DNA of 63,897 nt, the filler included, from Olpidium bornovanus S191 (taxonomy: Eukaryota > Fungi > Olpidiomycota): the NCBI GenBank assembly GCA_017911155.1. It is 25 parts of 25 records of this genome, joined end to end, with 100 filler letters (N's around TTAATTAATTAA, not from the genome) between each part and the next. Parts side by side here need not be neighbours in the genome. Positions count along the whole stretch, not along the records: positions 1 to 8,755 come from JAEFCI010006640.1; positions 8,856 to 14,253 come from JAEFCI010004478.1; 23 more parts are not named here. One strand, given 5' to 3'. Every line of letters begins with the position of its first letter. Position 1 is the first letter of the stretch. Shown in pieces: positions 1-11,800 of this stretch. Below the pieces are notes generated by a model. It was not told the DNA's origin. It was given only the letters and a program-made list of their open reading frames with translations, and did not search any database. The position numbers were made by a program, and so were the translations under genes.

Positions 1-78
1 CATGTTCCAAGAGAAGCTTCGCGCTTCGGAGGATCGTCCTCGCCGTGCCCTGAAGATCACCCTCGTCAAGAAAAAGTA

Positions 79-440
79 GCTAAAGTCACCGAGAAGCTAC
101 GTGATCGTCGAGAAAAGATGCACCTGTAGACGCGTCAAAAATGAAGGAGCAGGACGAGCTGCGCAAAAAAGGTGCTTGCTTCTACTGCAAGCAGCTCGGG
201 CATATTGCCGTCGCACGCCCCTCAAAAAGCTAGATATGGGCGCGCCCGACGTCGACACACGCTGGCCCTCTAGTACGGGCTGCCCCCCGCGCGAGCTGGC
301 CTCGTTCGATATAGATCCCACGGTAGACAACATACCGGTGATGGCTACCATCGATAGCGGCTGTACCGGAATCTTGGTCTCCGAAAACGTCGCTATTTCC
401 CTTCTCTTTCCTCCAGTTCCCCGTCCCAACAACACCAACG
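79..440 (+). mobile_element. Degenerate LTR-retrotransposon (Ty3/Gypsy-like) gag zinc knuckle + aspartic protease remnant
   Basis: From 141: MKEQDELRKKGA-CFYCKQLGHIAVAR (CCHC knuckle with last Cys as CGC/Arg). In a different frame follows retropepsin motif MATIDSGCTGILVS. Stops and frame changes indicate decay. Confidence 0.8.
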
Positions 441-816
441 CGAAAGACTGCCACTTTTTCTTCGGTTTTGGATTCTCACCGGACAGAACGATTCATCTTC
501 GCCGTCGTCATCGCCAGGTCCGCAACCCGCGCGGCCGGAGATGATTTCTTAATAAACGCACACCTGCCGCGCACACCCCACCCCCGCCCCCCCCCACCCC
601 TCCCCCACTCCCCCACTTCCCCCTTACAAAAAAAAAACGAAAAGAAAATCGATCGGCCGCTGACCGGGGCTGTCGGACGCCCCCCTCCCGCGAACCCGCC
701 TGAATATAACCAGAACTTGCGAGGGAGGTCGGGGCGGGGGCGCGGCAATGGTGGGGACGAAGAGGCGAAGGAGAATGCGCCTCCGACCAATCCTGCGCCG
801 CAACTGCCTGAGACAA

Positions 817-3800
817 TCAGAACGCAGGAAGGAGCCTCGGGCGGGCGCACAGCTCCTGCAAGTCGAACGGCCCGTGCGTCGCCGTACAGGGATGCGCCAG
901 GAGGCAAGTGAGCGGGCCTTCGTTCCTGTACCTCTCAATGAACATCGCTCGGACCTGGGATTGATGCGAGGGAACGCGCCAGAGGGGTGGAAGAAGGGAA
1001 GGGGGAGGGGGGGAGGGGGGGGGGGGGGTTAGCAACGTTTAATCAGGATTCCAAAGGGGGTTTTTGCGGCGACCGCAAAAAAAAACACAAGGCCACCCTA
1101 CGCGATCCCGGGGATCATCGCCGTGAACGTGTTCCGGCACGTCCAAGCAGTGGAGCAGGGGCACGATGGACGAGGCCGTTCGCGCGAAATGCCGCCTCAT
1201 CGCTTTTCCCGACCGCTGCGTGCGCGCGGGGGGGAGGGGAAGGGAGTGGCAAATGGCCCGAGGGGAAGAGTGCGGAAGCGAAGAGAGCGAAGGAAATTTA
1301 AGAGGTGTTTCCTGCGATACGCGGACCGGGCAAATGTAAATCTGCGCCTTCACGCCTCGCGTCCTGCTCTGCGACCGCCTGAGGCCAAAACGGGTTCCCC
1401 CTCCCCCTCGTCGTCCTTTTTTTACCCTCCCCGCATTCTGCCCAACGCCGACACGTGTGGCATCCGCTCCTCACGCACTCGGTCCCTCCTCCTGATCTTC
1501 CTGGACTCCAGGTCCCACGTGATGATCAGCTCCCGCATTAAGTCCCACTGGTCGACGATCCTTTCGAGGACAGCCAGCGCAGGGGAACACTTGACTTGCA
1601 GATCCGGCTCTTCGTCCTTGCCGACCAGGATGGCATCAGCCTGAAGCTGCCGATAGTACGCCAGCGCGGGAACGTACGCGAGGAACGTGATCAACGTCTC
1701 CGGCAAGAGGCTTCTTTCGCGGGACAGATTCCCCGTTCTGAGATCAGCAAGCGCCGCGCAAAACCTAAAAAATGCAAAAGACACCGAGGCGCAGGAACGA
1801 GGTGGAGGAGAGGGTAGAGGGAAGGAAGGGGGGGGGGGAAACGGGGGGAGTTCACCCGCACTTTATCCGCTTCATCGCAGACTTTCCGAGACTCCAGAGT
1901 CGTATGCTCAGCATCGGGGTTCTGTTGGCGTTGGTCAGCGTCTCCCATATGCCGCGCTTGCCCACTGGACCCCCGAGCTCGACGTCGCTTTCGTAGGGCG
2001 TGCCGCCGTACAACTTGACGTCGTAGGTCTTTTTCTCGACAGGGCTCCCGTCGGCGGCGTACAGGGGCAAAACGCCCCACCCGCAGCTGGTCTCGCCAGT
2101 GTCTGGTCCGAGAGACGGTTTGGTTCAGAATATTAGGGCGCCGGCGTGAACGACGAGGGGCAGCGAAGCGTGGAGCAACTGGCGCGACGAAAACTTACCC
2201 ACACTGCCGTCGGTTGCATTACCAATGCAGAGAGCGACGCAAAGCTCGAATAGCACGCACAAGTTGAAGTCCACGTCGTTGGTGCGAACTAAGCAGGTGT
2301 TCTCGTTGTCTTTAGGAAACAGCAAGGACGCCTAACGTTCGTGGACGAGAGCGCGCGCGTTTATCGCCCAGCAAAAAAATGTGACTGGGCGGAATTCTCC
2401 AGACGGAAAAAGAATTTGAACGATTCCGTTTTTCGCACCTTGGTGGTGAATTTCCATCCCTCTTCTGTAAGAAGGGCCGGGACGACAAGGATGTTGGACT
2501 TCACGGAGACTTTGTCAAAAACCGCAATTCGCACGTGCCGCCCGGTTATTTGACATTCGCTTGTCGGCACCGGCATCGGAATGTTCCGGGCTGAAATGAG
2601 GCTGAAAGCGATATTGCAGTTTACCGCAACCGGCCTCAACTGCAATAAAACGCGCCAGGCGGGGAGCGTCGATACAAAAAAACGCGCGCGCTAGCGATGA
2701 CGGGTACTCCCGCGCCATGCATACGCACCTTGGGCTTTTTCTCGTCCAAAAAAAGGTCCTTGAAACCAATGCCGTCAGTATTTGCTCTCGGGGCGAGACG
2801 AGCAGCGGCGTCGAATCTGCCTAATCCCGTAAACGGTCCTCAGTGATCGCGTACATGCAGATTACACAATGACAACAAAGATTTTCGCGGGGCCAACAAA
2901 TAAAAAAGGGGCCTGTGTAATCCTCCCGACCCTCTCACCCTCGTGGGAGATCCTGGCCAAGGTCGAAGGCCGGCATCCCCTGGGCATGTGCTCGAAGAAA
3001 TCCAGCATATCGGTCGATTGCAAGCGCTTTGTCCAGCGGGCAAGATAAGGCGTGTCCAACGAGCCAGGAGCCGCACCCGAAACACGGGCAGCGTAGATGG
3101 ATCCCGAACCGTAGAGGGAAGGTGGGCCTGGCAGCCGACGAAAACGATGATCCGTCCCAAACCCCGCCCCGCCCGTGTCCCGGCGTTACTCCATCTTGGC
3201 ACGGTCGACCTCTGCTACCAATGCACTCCCCGGCAACCATATTTCAAACCGACCTCGTCGTCGGGCGCCCACTTTGGGGCCATCGTTTTCGGCGCAGATT
3301 GAGCTGGCTGGAACGTATCCTTCCTCCTCCGGGCGCCGGATGCTCCGACAGTACCACCAGTTCGGGTCCTCGTCGTTCAGCACCACGAGCCGGTCACCGA
3401 CCCGGACATCCAGCTCCTCGTCCGTGACCCCGAGGTAGTCTCGAACTGCGTGTACGACGAGCTGTTCCCCCAACCCCCTCAAAAAAAGGAAAGAAAAAAA
3501 AAGCAGGGATGAATTTTCCACGAGGCCGGCGTTAGCCGGAAATCCTCATACCGGGAGCCGTCCGCCGCAGAAGTCAACCTTTGGCGGCTACGACCTTTCC
3601 GACTTCGGGATTTGTACCTGAAACGCGGCGCGCTATGGTTTTTTTTTTTATTTTTTAGAATGGAAGGCGCCGTCGTCAACAATTTTTTTTTTTTGGTTTG
3701 GTCGGTCGATAAAAGGGATGTGCTCACCTTGCCCGCATCGAGCTGCGTCGTTATCGCCGCCGTCCTCGGACGCAGCCCGGCTGCTTGCATCGGAGTCGTA

Positions 3801-4250
3801 GCTGCTCTTCGACGCGTCGTAGCTGCTCTCCGACGCGTCGTCGCAGCTCTCCGACGCGTCGCCGTAGCGGTCGCCGTAGGAAGAAGCCCGGGCGCCGCCA
3901 GCGGCGGGATCCCCCTCGCGCATACTGCCGGGCCCACCGAACACGCGAGCGTCGCCGGCGGCGTCGCTCTCTTCGGCGTCGTCGTCTTCTTCGCGGTCGA
4001 TGGAAGCCGACTGGTCGTGCTCGCGGCCGACGGGGCCCCCGCTCGACGAGGCGCCCGACAGAGTGGAACTGGAGGCGCGGATCCCGCCGGCGGCGGCCGC
4101 GGGGCGCGCGGCAGCTTGGGCGAGCGCCGCGGGCTGGGGCCGCGGAGGGGGCGACAGGTCGCTGAACGTGAACGTCGAGATCGACGGGCTCGGCGAAGCG
4201 CTGCCGCGGGCCGCGTGCCCGTCGGGCGAACGGAGCCTCTGCCGCGACAT
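817..4250 (-). CDS. NPHP1: Nephrocystin-1-like ciliary transition-zone protein, multi-exon (acidic N-region, SH3, C2/NPHP1 homology domain)
   Basis: ATG at 4250; exon 1 ends at 3728 (GTGAGC donor); SH3 exon from 3461 (VHAVRDYLGVTDEELDVRVGDRLVVLNDEDPNWWYC...GYVP). Later exons match human NPHP1 motifs in the same order: MPRGCRPSTL, GFKDLFLD, RHVRIAVFD..VKSNI, CLVRTN..LCVLFEL, ETSCGW, KTYDVKLYGGTPYE, SLLPETLI, YYRQ, IVPLLH, HGPFDL. Stop at 817-819. Internal exon ends approximate. Confidence 0.88.
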
Positions 4251-4323
4251 TCCTCTCTTTTCCCCTCTTTCTCTCTCTCTCGCGCGTCCGAGAAGCGCCG
4301 CCACCCGCTTCAGCCGGAGGCGG

Positions 4324-4362
<39 letters not shown>

Positions 4363-4363
4363 A
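4251..4363. promoter_or_regulatory. Putative compact bidirectional promoter with A37 tract (4324-4360)
   Basis: Only 113 bp separate the divergent ATGs at 4250 (-) and 4364 (+); poly(dA:dT) tracts disfavour nucleosomes. Start codons are inferred. Confidence 0.45.
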
Positions 4364-5239
4364 ATGCCGTCGGTCGCCGGCTGCAGCGGTTCAACTCTTC
4401 CCCCGGCCGTCGTCCTCCTGCCTGCGCCGGCCGAGCTCCCGCCGCCCCCTCCTCCGCCGTACTCGCTCCTGACCCTCCACCACCACGCCCCGCCGGCGGC
4501 GCGGCACGCACGCGGAGACGCCGCCGTCGCCGCGCGTCCGCCGCCGCCGCCGCCCGTCGGCAAAGCGCGGGTGAACCCGGAAGAGGCGGCGGAGGAGTGG
4601 CGCGAGGAGGCCCCGGACGGGCGGAGGAGGAGGGGAACGGGAGTCCGCCACTACGTCACCAGGACGGACACCCTCGTCGGCATCTCGCTCAAATACGGCG
4701 TAGAGTAGTGTGCGCGCGCGCGGGGCCGCCGGCGAAGTCTTCGAAACTTCGCCTTTTGGGCTCACCGGACGCCCCCGCCCCCAAATCCCCCCCCCACCCC
4801 TCCGCGGCGACCGCCGGTTCCTCTCAACCTCTCGCGAAAGGTATCCGCCATTCGGCGAGTAAACGCTCTGTTCGCGGACGACGTGTGCGCCCGCCAGTTC
4901 CTTTTTATACCAGACGTTGACTTTTCGCACCAGCCGGTTCCTTCCGACCCCGACGCGGAGAAAAAAGCCGCCGTCAAGCGCTTCCAGATCATCTCAAAGT
5001 GCACCGACCCGTATGAAGCCAAGGCGTACGTGGAGGGGGCGGACTTCGATATTAATGCGGCGCTGCAGCAGTACTGGAGCGATGCGCGGTGGGAGAAAGA
5101 AAATCCTCCCTTGTCGTCTCCTTCGTCCTCGTCGAGGTTGCGTTCGAAGTTGAGAAGCCTGTTCCGGTCGAATAAGAACGGGCATACGAAGCCGCCTCCG
5201 GCCACGGTCGATGGTCTTCCAAAACTCCTGAAGCGGTAA
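4364..5239 (+). CDS. Intracellular LysM-domain protein with C-terminal UBA-like helical domain (exons 4364-4699, 4841-5239)
   Basis: Spliced LysM: HYVTRTDTLVGISLKYG|VSAIRRVNALFADD..ARQFLFIP (phase-0 GT-AG intron). C-terminal KRFQIISKC..EAKAYVEGADFDINAALQQYWSDARWE resembles the fungal LysM-UBA family. No signal peptide. Confidence 0.8.
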
Positions 5240-5443
5240 CGCTTCCCGTTTTCTTGAGGCCGCTGAACATGACTCCGACGCATTCACACATGCCGAGATC
5301 TCCTCGCATTTTTGGAGGCCAACCAGCGAAGGGAAACCACTCCTGGCAGAACGAAAACACTAGGGACACCACGCTTGATGATTGCATACTTTGTTTGTGT
5401 CCGCTGATGCATAATAATTGCTGCAATAATGACGACTCCAAGT

Positions 5444-7878
5444 TTAGAGAGTCTGTTCCTTGGTGATCTCGCGGCCGATAAGCCATCTGCGGATCTCGCT
5501 GGTGCCGGCACCAATCTCGTATAGCTGCGGATGTGAAAAATAACGAGCACCGATGTGCACAGTATGAACCCCGTTAGTCGACGGGACCTCACAGGATCGG
5601 ACTGTATGAAGCCATAGATTTTGGTTCTCAATTTCACCGACCTTGGCGTCTCTGAGCAGCCTTCCCGTGGGATAATCATTTATGTACCCGTTGCCGCCGA
5701 GGCACTGGATGGCGTCGAGAGCTACCTCGGTCGCGCGCTCCGCAGTGTACAGAATTACACCGGCGCAATCCTGCAATTAGTTATTGTCAGTCGCCAGCCA
5801 CCCAAAACGGTTGCCCCCCCCCCTGAATCTCGCGTTCGCAGTCTATGCCTAACAGGCCCAGCCCCGGTTCTACCTTGTTACTGATCTTGCCATTGTCACA
5901 CGCGCGGGCGACGGCGTACACATACGACCTGCAAGCGTTTAACTTGGTGTACATGTCAGCAAGCTTTCCTTGTATGAGCTGTAACCAGTCGGGATTTGTG
6001 CAGAAATTAGTGCGGCACTGCGCAAATGTGAGCGTTTTGCGGACATAGAACAAGTGGAAAATGTTCTTACCTGGAAGTTGGCGATTGGCCTGTTGAACTG
6101 CTTCCTGCTGTGGACGTACGGCACAGCAACGTCTAAGGCCGCCTGCATAAGACTGCGGATGTGCCCCGTCAATAAACAAGCGACCAAAAGAATAGCTTAG
6201 TCACGTCTGATTCTGTCACCGTCTTCTCACCCAAGTGGTCCGCCCGACAGCACTAGTCGTTCCAGATCCAGACCGCTCATGAGGACGTAAACTCCTTCAC
6301 CCTCTTTCCCCAGAATGTTCTCGGCTGCCGCCACGGTTACCGCAAACAGAGCGGAAAGTTACAAAAGAACCGTGGAAAGTCGTTCGAAGGGGACTTGTTC
6401 AAAAAAAAATATCGTTTCGTTTTCGTACCAGGCACCTCACAGTTCTCAAATATTAACTCGCTTGTGTTAGAACCGCGCATTCCGAGCTTATCCAGCTTCG
6501 GACCTCTCGTGAACCCTTTCATGCCCTATCAAATTATGGATTTTAGATCTATGCACCAAAAATTACTTGTGCACAGCACGACGCGCTACCTTTTCCACAA
6601 TAAACGCCGTAATGTTTTTGGAGTCTGTCTTGGCGTAAACAACGAGAGTGTGGGCATCGGGACCGTTCGTAATCCAGAATTTGCTGCCGTTGAGAATGTA
6701 CCTATCGCCTGATGTCCACCCCACCCACCGGGAAGGTCATCCCAATTTTAACGCACGGCTTTCGGCATTTTGCAAATTTAGAATTGTCTTTCTGTGGTGG
6801 GTAAGATGCAGTGGCGACAGCGCCCAACGCTTACTTTTTTTGGCCGCCTGCAGGCGCATCGACACCACGTCCGATCCTGCCTCCGGTTCGCTCATTGCCA
6901 ATGCGCCGACGTGTTCGCCGCTGATCAGCTGCCCAGCATCGCGTAAGTTTTGGTCGGCGACGCAGAAAGCCGGGCGGCACCTGCTGAAAAAAACAGCTGG
7001 TAGACGCCGCACCTTTGGCAAATATTTTTCTTTTTGCCTCTCGCTTCCGTTCCGCACTATCTGGTTGACGCAGAGGTTAGAGTGCGCACCGTAGCTCAGC
7101 GCCACAGATCCGGACGCCCGGCTGATTTCTTCCATGATCAAGGTGTGCTCTAGGTAACCAAGGCCAAGGCCGCCGTACTTCTCTGTAAGGGTTTCCAAAA
7201 ACAATTGTATGAGAGTTAGAGGGATACGCAGCAAGTCAGAACTTTCAGTTTTTTTTTGTCAAACGCGCGAAGTGCCGTGGGGAAAGGGGGGATGGGCGCG
7301 GGGAGGAGTAGATGTGTGCGGTGGGGAACACTGCGTTTCCGCAATGATCCGTGCAGTTATGTCGCTACGCCGGCGTACCAGGAGCGGTGATTCCCAGAAG
7401 GCCCATTTCGCCAAACTTCCTCCACATGTCCTGTTTGTTGGCGGCGTTTGGGGTTTACCAGTCGGGTTAGTATCTTCACCTCTCCCTCTCCACGCGAGAC
7501 GCTATGGGCCGATGAAGTATCTCGCCAACTAACCATCGGGAACGTGTTGTCCCTGTCGATTTTCTCGGCGCGCGGAGCCAGTTCCTTGTTTGCGAAATCT
7601 TGTACCGTTTGCCGGAACTGGTGAAAGACGTCATCTCAACAAAAAGGGTTTTGAGAAAAAGCGCGTGCGGGAGGGGTGAGGGGATGCGGGGAAAGGGTGG
7701 CACCACCAAACCCGCGGCGGGCGCCCGCCCCCGTCACCCCTCGCAGCGAGCGCACATTTTCCTGGCTCTCCGTGAGGCCGGCGACAAACTTGTTGTAAGT
7801 CGAGGCGAACCTCGAAAGCCGGGCGCGGGCCGCACGGAATGCCCGCAACGGCGCGGGCGTGCGCAAGAGCGACGCCAT
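5444..7878 (-). CDS. IVD: Isovaleryl-CoA dehydrogenase, mitochondrial, multi-exon
   Basis: Arg/Ala-rich leader [18 protein letters not shown]. Exons: [134 protein letters not shown]. Confidence 0.95.
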
Positions 7879-8130
7879 CCTGGGAGGGGTGCCGGCAACG
7901 GCGGTCCTTTCGGCGTAAAAAGTCCCTCTCTCACGGAGCACCGTCCGGCGAAGGAGCGTCCCTACGAGCCAGCGTGCGCACGCGCAAGTAGGTGGTTTGC
8001 CGATCGCGAGCGGCCGGGTTCGGCGCGTGCGCGTGCGGGGTGTGGAAAAGTGGGATGGGGGAGGTGGGGAAGAGGGGAAATCCGAGTTTTTTTTATTAAC
8101 TTTTTTCCATTTCCGCCACTTCTTCTCCAG

Positions 8131-8755
8131 AACATTGGTTGCATTCTTTGCCTTGGCACCCGGCGCCAATTCGATTTTATGCTGGATTTGAGATTGAAAA
8201 GCTTCGACAAGCGGTAGAGTTGCCGGAAGTAATTTGGGATATTTTCAAAAAATCTGTTGGATTTCAAACTTTGCTGAACCAGACTTCTGTTTCATTCGAA
8301 CGTCAGAATGTAATGCATTGATTTTCCTTTAATTGACATCAGCCGTTGGATGAAGATCTCCAGGATTCGTGGCATCTACGCGGTCAATTGCAATCAATGT
8401 CAAATAAAGACGGCGGCACAGGAATGCCGCACTGCAACAATAACGCATTATTTTTTTTTGCAATACGCATGAAACAGAGGCGTAGAGTGCGGGAAGTACA
8501 AAAAACGTTGGGTCAAAGCAGGACAAAATGATCCTTGAAGTTCACGATGGGGATATCGGTTTGGAGACAGTCCATACCGAGGACCAAAATCGATAATTGC
8601 AAGAATGACTTGAACGTTGAGGGGATAACCCTTGTTTTCCGGAGTCGATTATCCTGGCACAGAGAGAACCGACAGGCAACGCATCAGAATATCCTGGCAC
8701 AGAGAGAACCGACAGGCAACGCATCAGAACGGGTTTTGTTTGCGAGGTAAACATG
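8131..8755 (+). CDS. Possible exons of an unidentified gene divergent from IVD, truncated at contig end
   Basis: Pyrimidine-tract acceptor (ttctccag at 8130) followed by protein-like short frames (FYAGFEIEKLRQAVELPEVIWDIF; PLDEDLQDSWHLRGQLQ). No family recognised. Confidence 0.25.
8650..8729. repeat. Perfect 40-bp tandem duplication
   Basis: TATCCTGGCACAGAGAGAACCGACAGGCAACGCATCAGAA at 8650-8689 and 8690-8729, 26 bp from the contig end. Confidence 0.9.
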
Positions 8756-8855
8756 NNNNNNNNNNNNNNNNNNNNNNNNNNNNNNNNNNNNNNNNNNNNT
8801 TAATTAATTAANNNNNNNNNNNNNNNNNNNNNNNNNNNNNNNNNNNNNNNNNNNN
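8756..8855. other. Artificial contig-joining spacer (first of 24)
   Basis: 44 N + TTAATTAATTAA (stops in all six frames) + 44 N. Same 100-bp spacer starts at 8756, 14254, 16041, 17403, 19291, 20406, 21779, 23873, 25756, 28055, 29529, 30731, 31998, 33826, 35160, 39027, 42447, 45227, 49712, 52380, 54194, 55969, 58297 and 62399. Confidence 0.99.
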
Positions 8856-11800
8856 CATGGGTGGCGCATTCTCTAGCAAATGGTTCTGTGGTCGGCTGTT
8901 TCTGTCTCTTCGACCATTGTGTAAGCGTCGCAAACCCCCGTTCCCTCTTGACAGCATTCCGCTTCGACAGTCTTCCTTTCTGTAGCTTCGAAGGACTCCT
9001 GGAGGACTTCGGAGCCGGCCCGCCGGCCACCTTGCCCTTAGGTGATTGCTGGGGCGCCGGCGGCCGCGCCGACTTTAGCGTTGCCTCTGCATTGCTCTTG
9101 TACACTATTTCGATCTGCTTTCGCAGGCTGGGGGGGAGAGCAGCGAGGACTTCCATGTCCAGCTGCCAAGGAGTGAGAAGTTGAGAAATTCAAATTGTAC
9201 ACTGCAAGTGCCCGAAAACATTCCAGAGGATTTGAGCAACTCACTTGAGATGAAGACGGCAGGGCCTCAATAGACGGACCCAGGCTAGTTTCTGTGATGG
9301 CATCAGAATGTTTATTCGGTTGATCTGGCGGACGGTTGTTCTTTTGGCAAATGTACATTTCTATCGTGGCCTTAATCTCGTCATGTGGGAGTGCCAACAG
9401 AAACGCTGGGTCGAGTTGTGACCAAGACGGCGCCGACGTTGACTCTCTCTGCTCGTCGGTAGCAGAAATCTCGGAATGTCTCCTTTTGGCGTAAGCTTCC
9501 AGCGTATCCCTCAATTCATGAATAGGCAACGCCGACAGGAAGGCCGGGTCGATCTGGCCCCAAGGAGGAAGGCCATCGCCCTTGTGAATCCCGATGGAGG
9601 AGCCGGATTGCCCTCGTATATTCACCGTTGGCGATGTGGCCGCAGATAACGAAGACCTGGGTGCGTTTAATGACGATCCGCTTCCATCGATAGAAGTAAA
9701 TAGCAGGGTGTAATGCTCGGCAAGGTCTTTCCGAATGCCCTTGGGATATTCCAAGAACTGAACGCGGTTGATGACCAAGGTCGGCTTGACTGCCTCGTTG
9801 CTGATTTGCTCTGGAGGCTGTTGAGCGGACTGGCCTTCCGCGTCGGACGATTCATGATCCGACTTGGGCGAAGTGCCATCGTCGGATGTCTTCGCGGACA
9901 GCAAAATACCTCGGGGTCGCTGGCCTAGGAAAGGCAAATCTTGTGAGGGTACTGCGCCTGCTATACGGTGCTTACTCTCTCTAGCTAAACTGGAGTTCTC
10001 CCGCATCTTTTCGAGTTTTGTCATTTGAATGCCAAGACCTGGCAGTGCGATTTTTGCGTCAGGCTCCACTCCGAAATTGAACGATAAATTCGGCAGTTTC
10101 GCTTATTACCGCGAATGTCCGTCGGATCAAAATTAAACTGCTTTATCATGATGTTGCATTCTCGGCCAATCACCTCCGCATCGCCTGTCGCGTGGACTAG
10201 CTTAACAGACTTGGAATAGGAGTCGCATTCGCCGCACCCTAAAAACTTTGGTGGTTCCTTTGGGGCGTTTGCTGCCCGTATTTTTATCTTTAAGGTAATG
10301 CAGCGAGCACGGGTCCCTTCCCCACCGCCCACAGCCTTCATCCGCCTGGCCACTTCCGCAGCCAGGTCATTAACGAATTTCTAACATTAAGCAGTCGGAG
10401 GACAAGCGCGCGCAGCGAAGCGGTTAGCAACTGCAAGGCACTTGCCTTTTCGTATGCGCACTCCCTCGCATAATCCTGTAGGCCGTGGCGGGAAGGACGA
10501 CGCCCACCTCTACTTGTGCATTGTCGTCAAAGCGCACGCCCCAAGCGACGTCAGCTCCAATTGACTGCCGTGGTGTAGCGACTACTAATGGCCGTTCGTC
10601 AATTCCTCGCGAGAACTCGTACAGCGTCGTTCCGGTTTTCGGGCCAAAACTTTTCTGCAGCTCCGATTTCGACTTCTGCTGAAGATCACTGATGAGGATA
10701 ATGCCCTGCAAGAAACCAGGATTGATTGTAAGATATCACTGGTTCCGTCAGTGTTCGCACTCGTCTCCAACGCTCTGTTCGCCTAACCTTGTCCATGAGC
10801 CGCTGTTCCAAAGACCAGCCAACCTGCAATTATGCTAGTTAGGCATACAATGGATGTAGTTGAGTGAACCAGCAAAAATGTATCTGCCTTACTCCAGGAA
10901 GCTCCCTCACGCTTTTTCCTCTGAGGAAGCCTTGCACCTCGTCGCTCTTCAGAAAGTACTGGCCGCAAGGTTTTGCCTGCTTCGTTGCCATCCTCGCAAG
11001 CATGATGTTCCCCGAGATTCCGATGCTGGCTTCGCACCCGGTCGCTTCGCGAATTTCTTGCCTGATCTGCTGTGCCAAGGCCTCCTCCTGACCTTGGCCA
11101 GATTCAGCCATTTTTGAGGAGACGTCCAATAAAGCCTCGTCGCAGCTCACGGCTTGCAGTTCATCGGCGTGGTGAAGCAAAATCTGCGGTGCGTTCCAAG
11201 CGCTGCTCAGCCAACGGAGTAACAACCGACGGGCTATCATCGAGCCTGGTTGGTACCTTGTATATGTGGGTTGTGCATTCCTTGTACTTCTCGAATTCGT
11301 AAGGTACAGTAACGAGGTTGGGGCACTTCTGACGAGCCGAACCCAAGCTGAAATGCGCTGAGTCAGCGCACTGCAGGCGTTACTAAATCTGTCAAAAGTG
11401 GCTTCCTGCTTACAACATGCCGTTACGCAAGCCGTACGACCTCGCTACGTAATTGCAACTTGCTTTTTAGGTCATTATCAGAAGAGAATCTTCAGAAAAC
11501 AATACGCAGGCACTTCGGTGACCCAGAAAGAAAAGGACGGAAATACCAATCTCAGCGCTGGAATCTTCTACAGATCCCTGCGTGTGGCAAACACTGCGAC
11601 GCGGTCAGTCAAGCATTAACTGCGAAACCAGCCAATAACACATGTTGCTCACGCTACGGGCTTATTCGCCAGCTCTGGACGATCCCGTATAGCAACAGAC
11701 GGGAAAAAGCAGTCCATATCCACATGCTGGCGTCGCGCAACGCACCTGCGTCAACCATCTGGATGACACAGTAAACACGACGACGACGAAGTAACCGTCG

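Noticed and set aside
141-260. Programmed -1 frameshift between gag knuckle and protease
   Set aside because: No X-XXY-YYZ slippery heptamer in the gag frame. Upstream stops and the Cys-to-Arg knuckle change show ordinary decay.
8650-8729. 40-bp perfect duplication as a biological repeat
   Set aside because: 100% identical and within 30 bp of a contig end, so a misassembly echo is at least as likely.
8800-8811. TTAATTAATTAA recurring 24 times as a possible conserved element
   Set aside because: Always centred in exactly 44 N on each side; it is a synthetic six-frame-stop linker. ORFs ending in X..LIN or X..N are artefacts of it.
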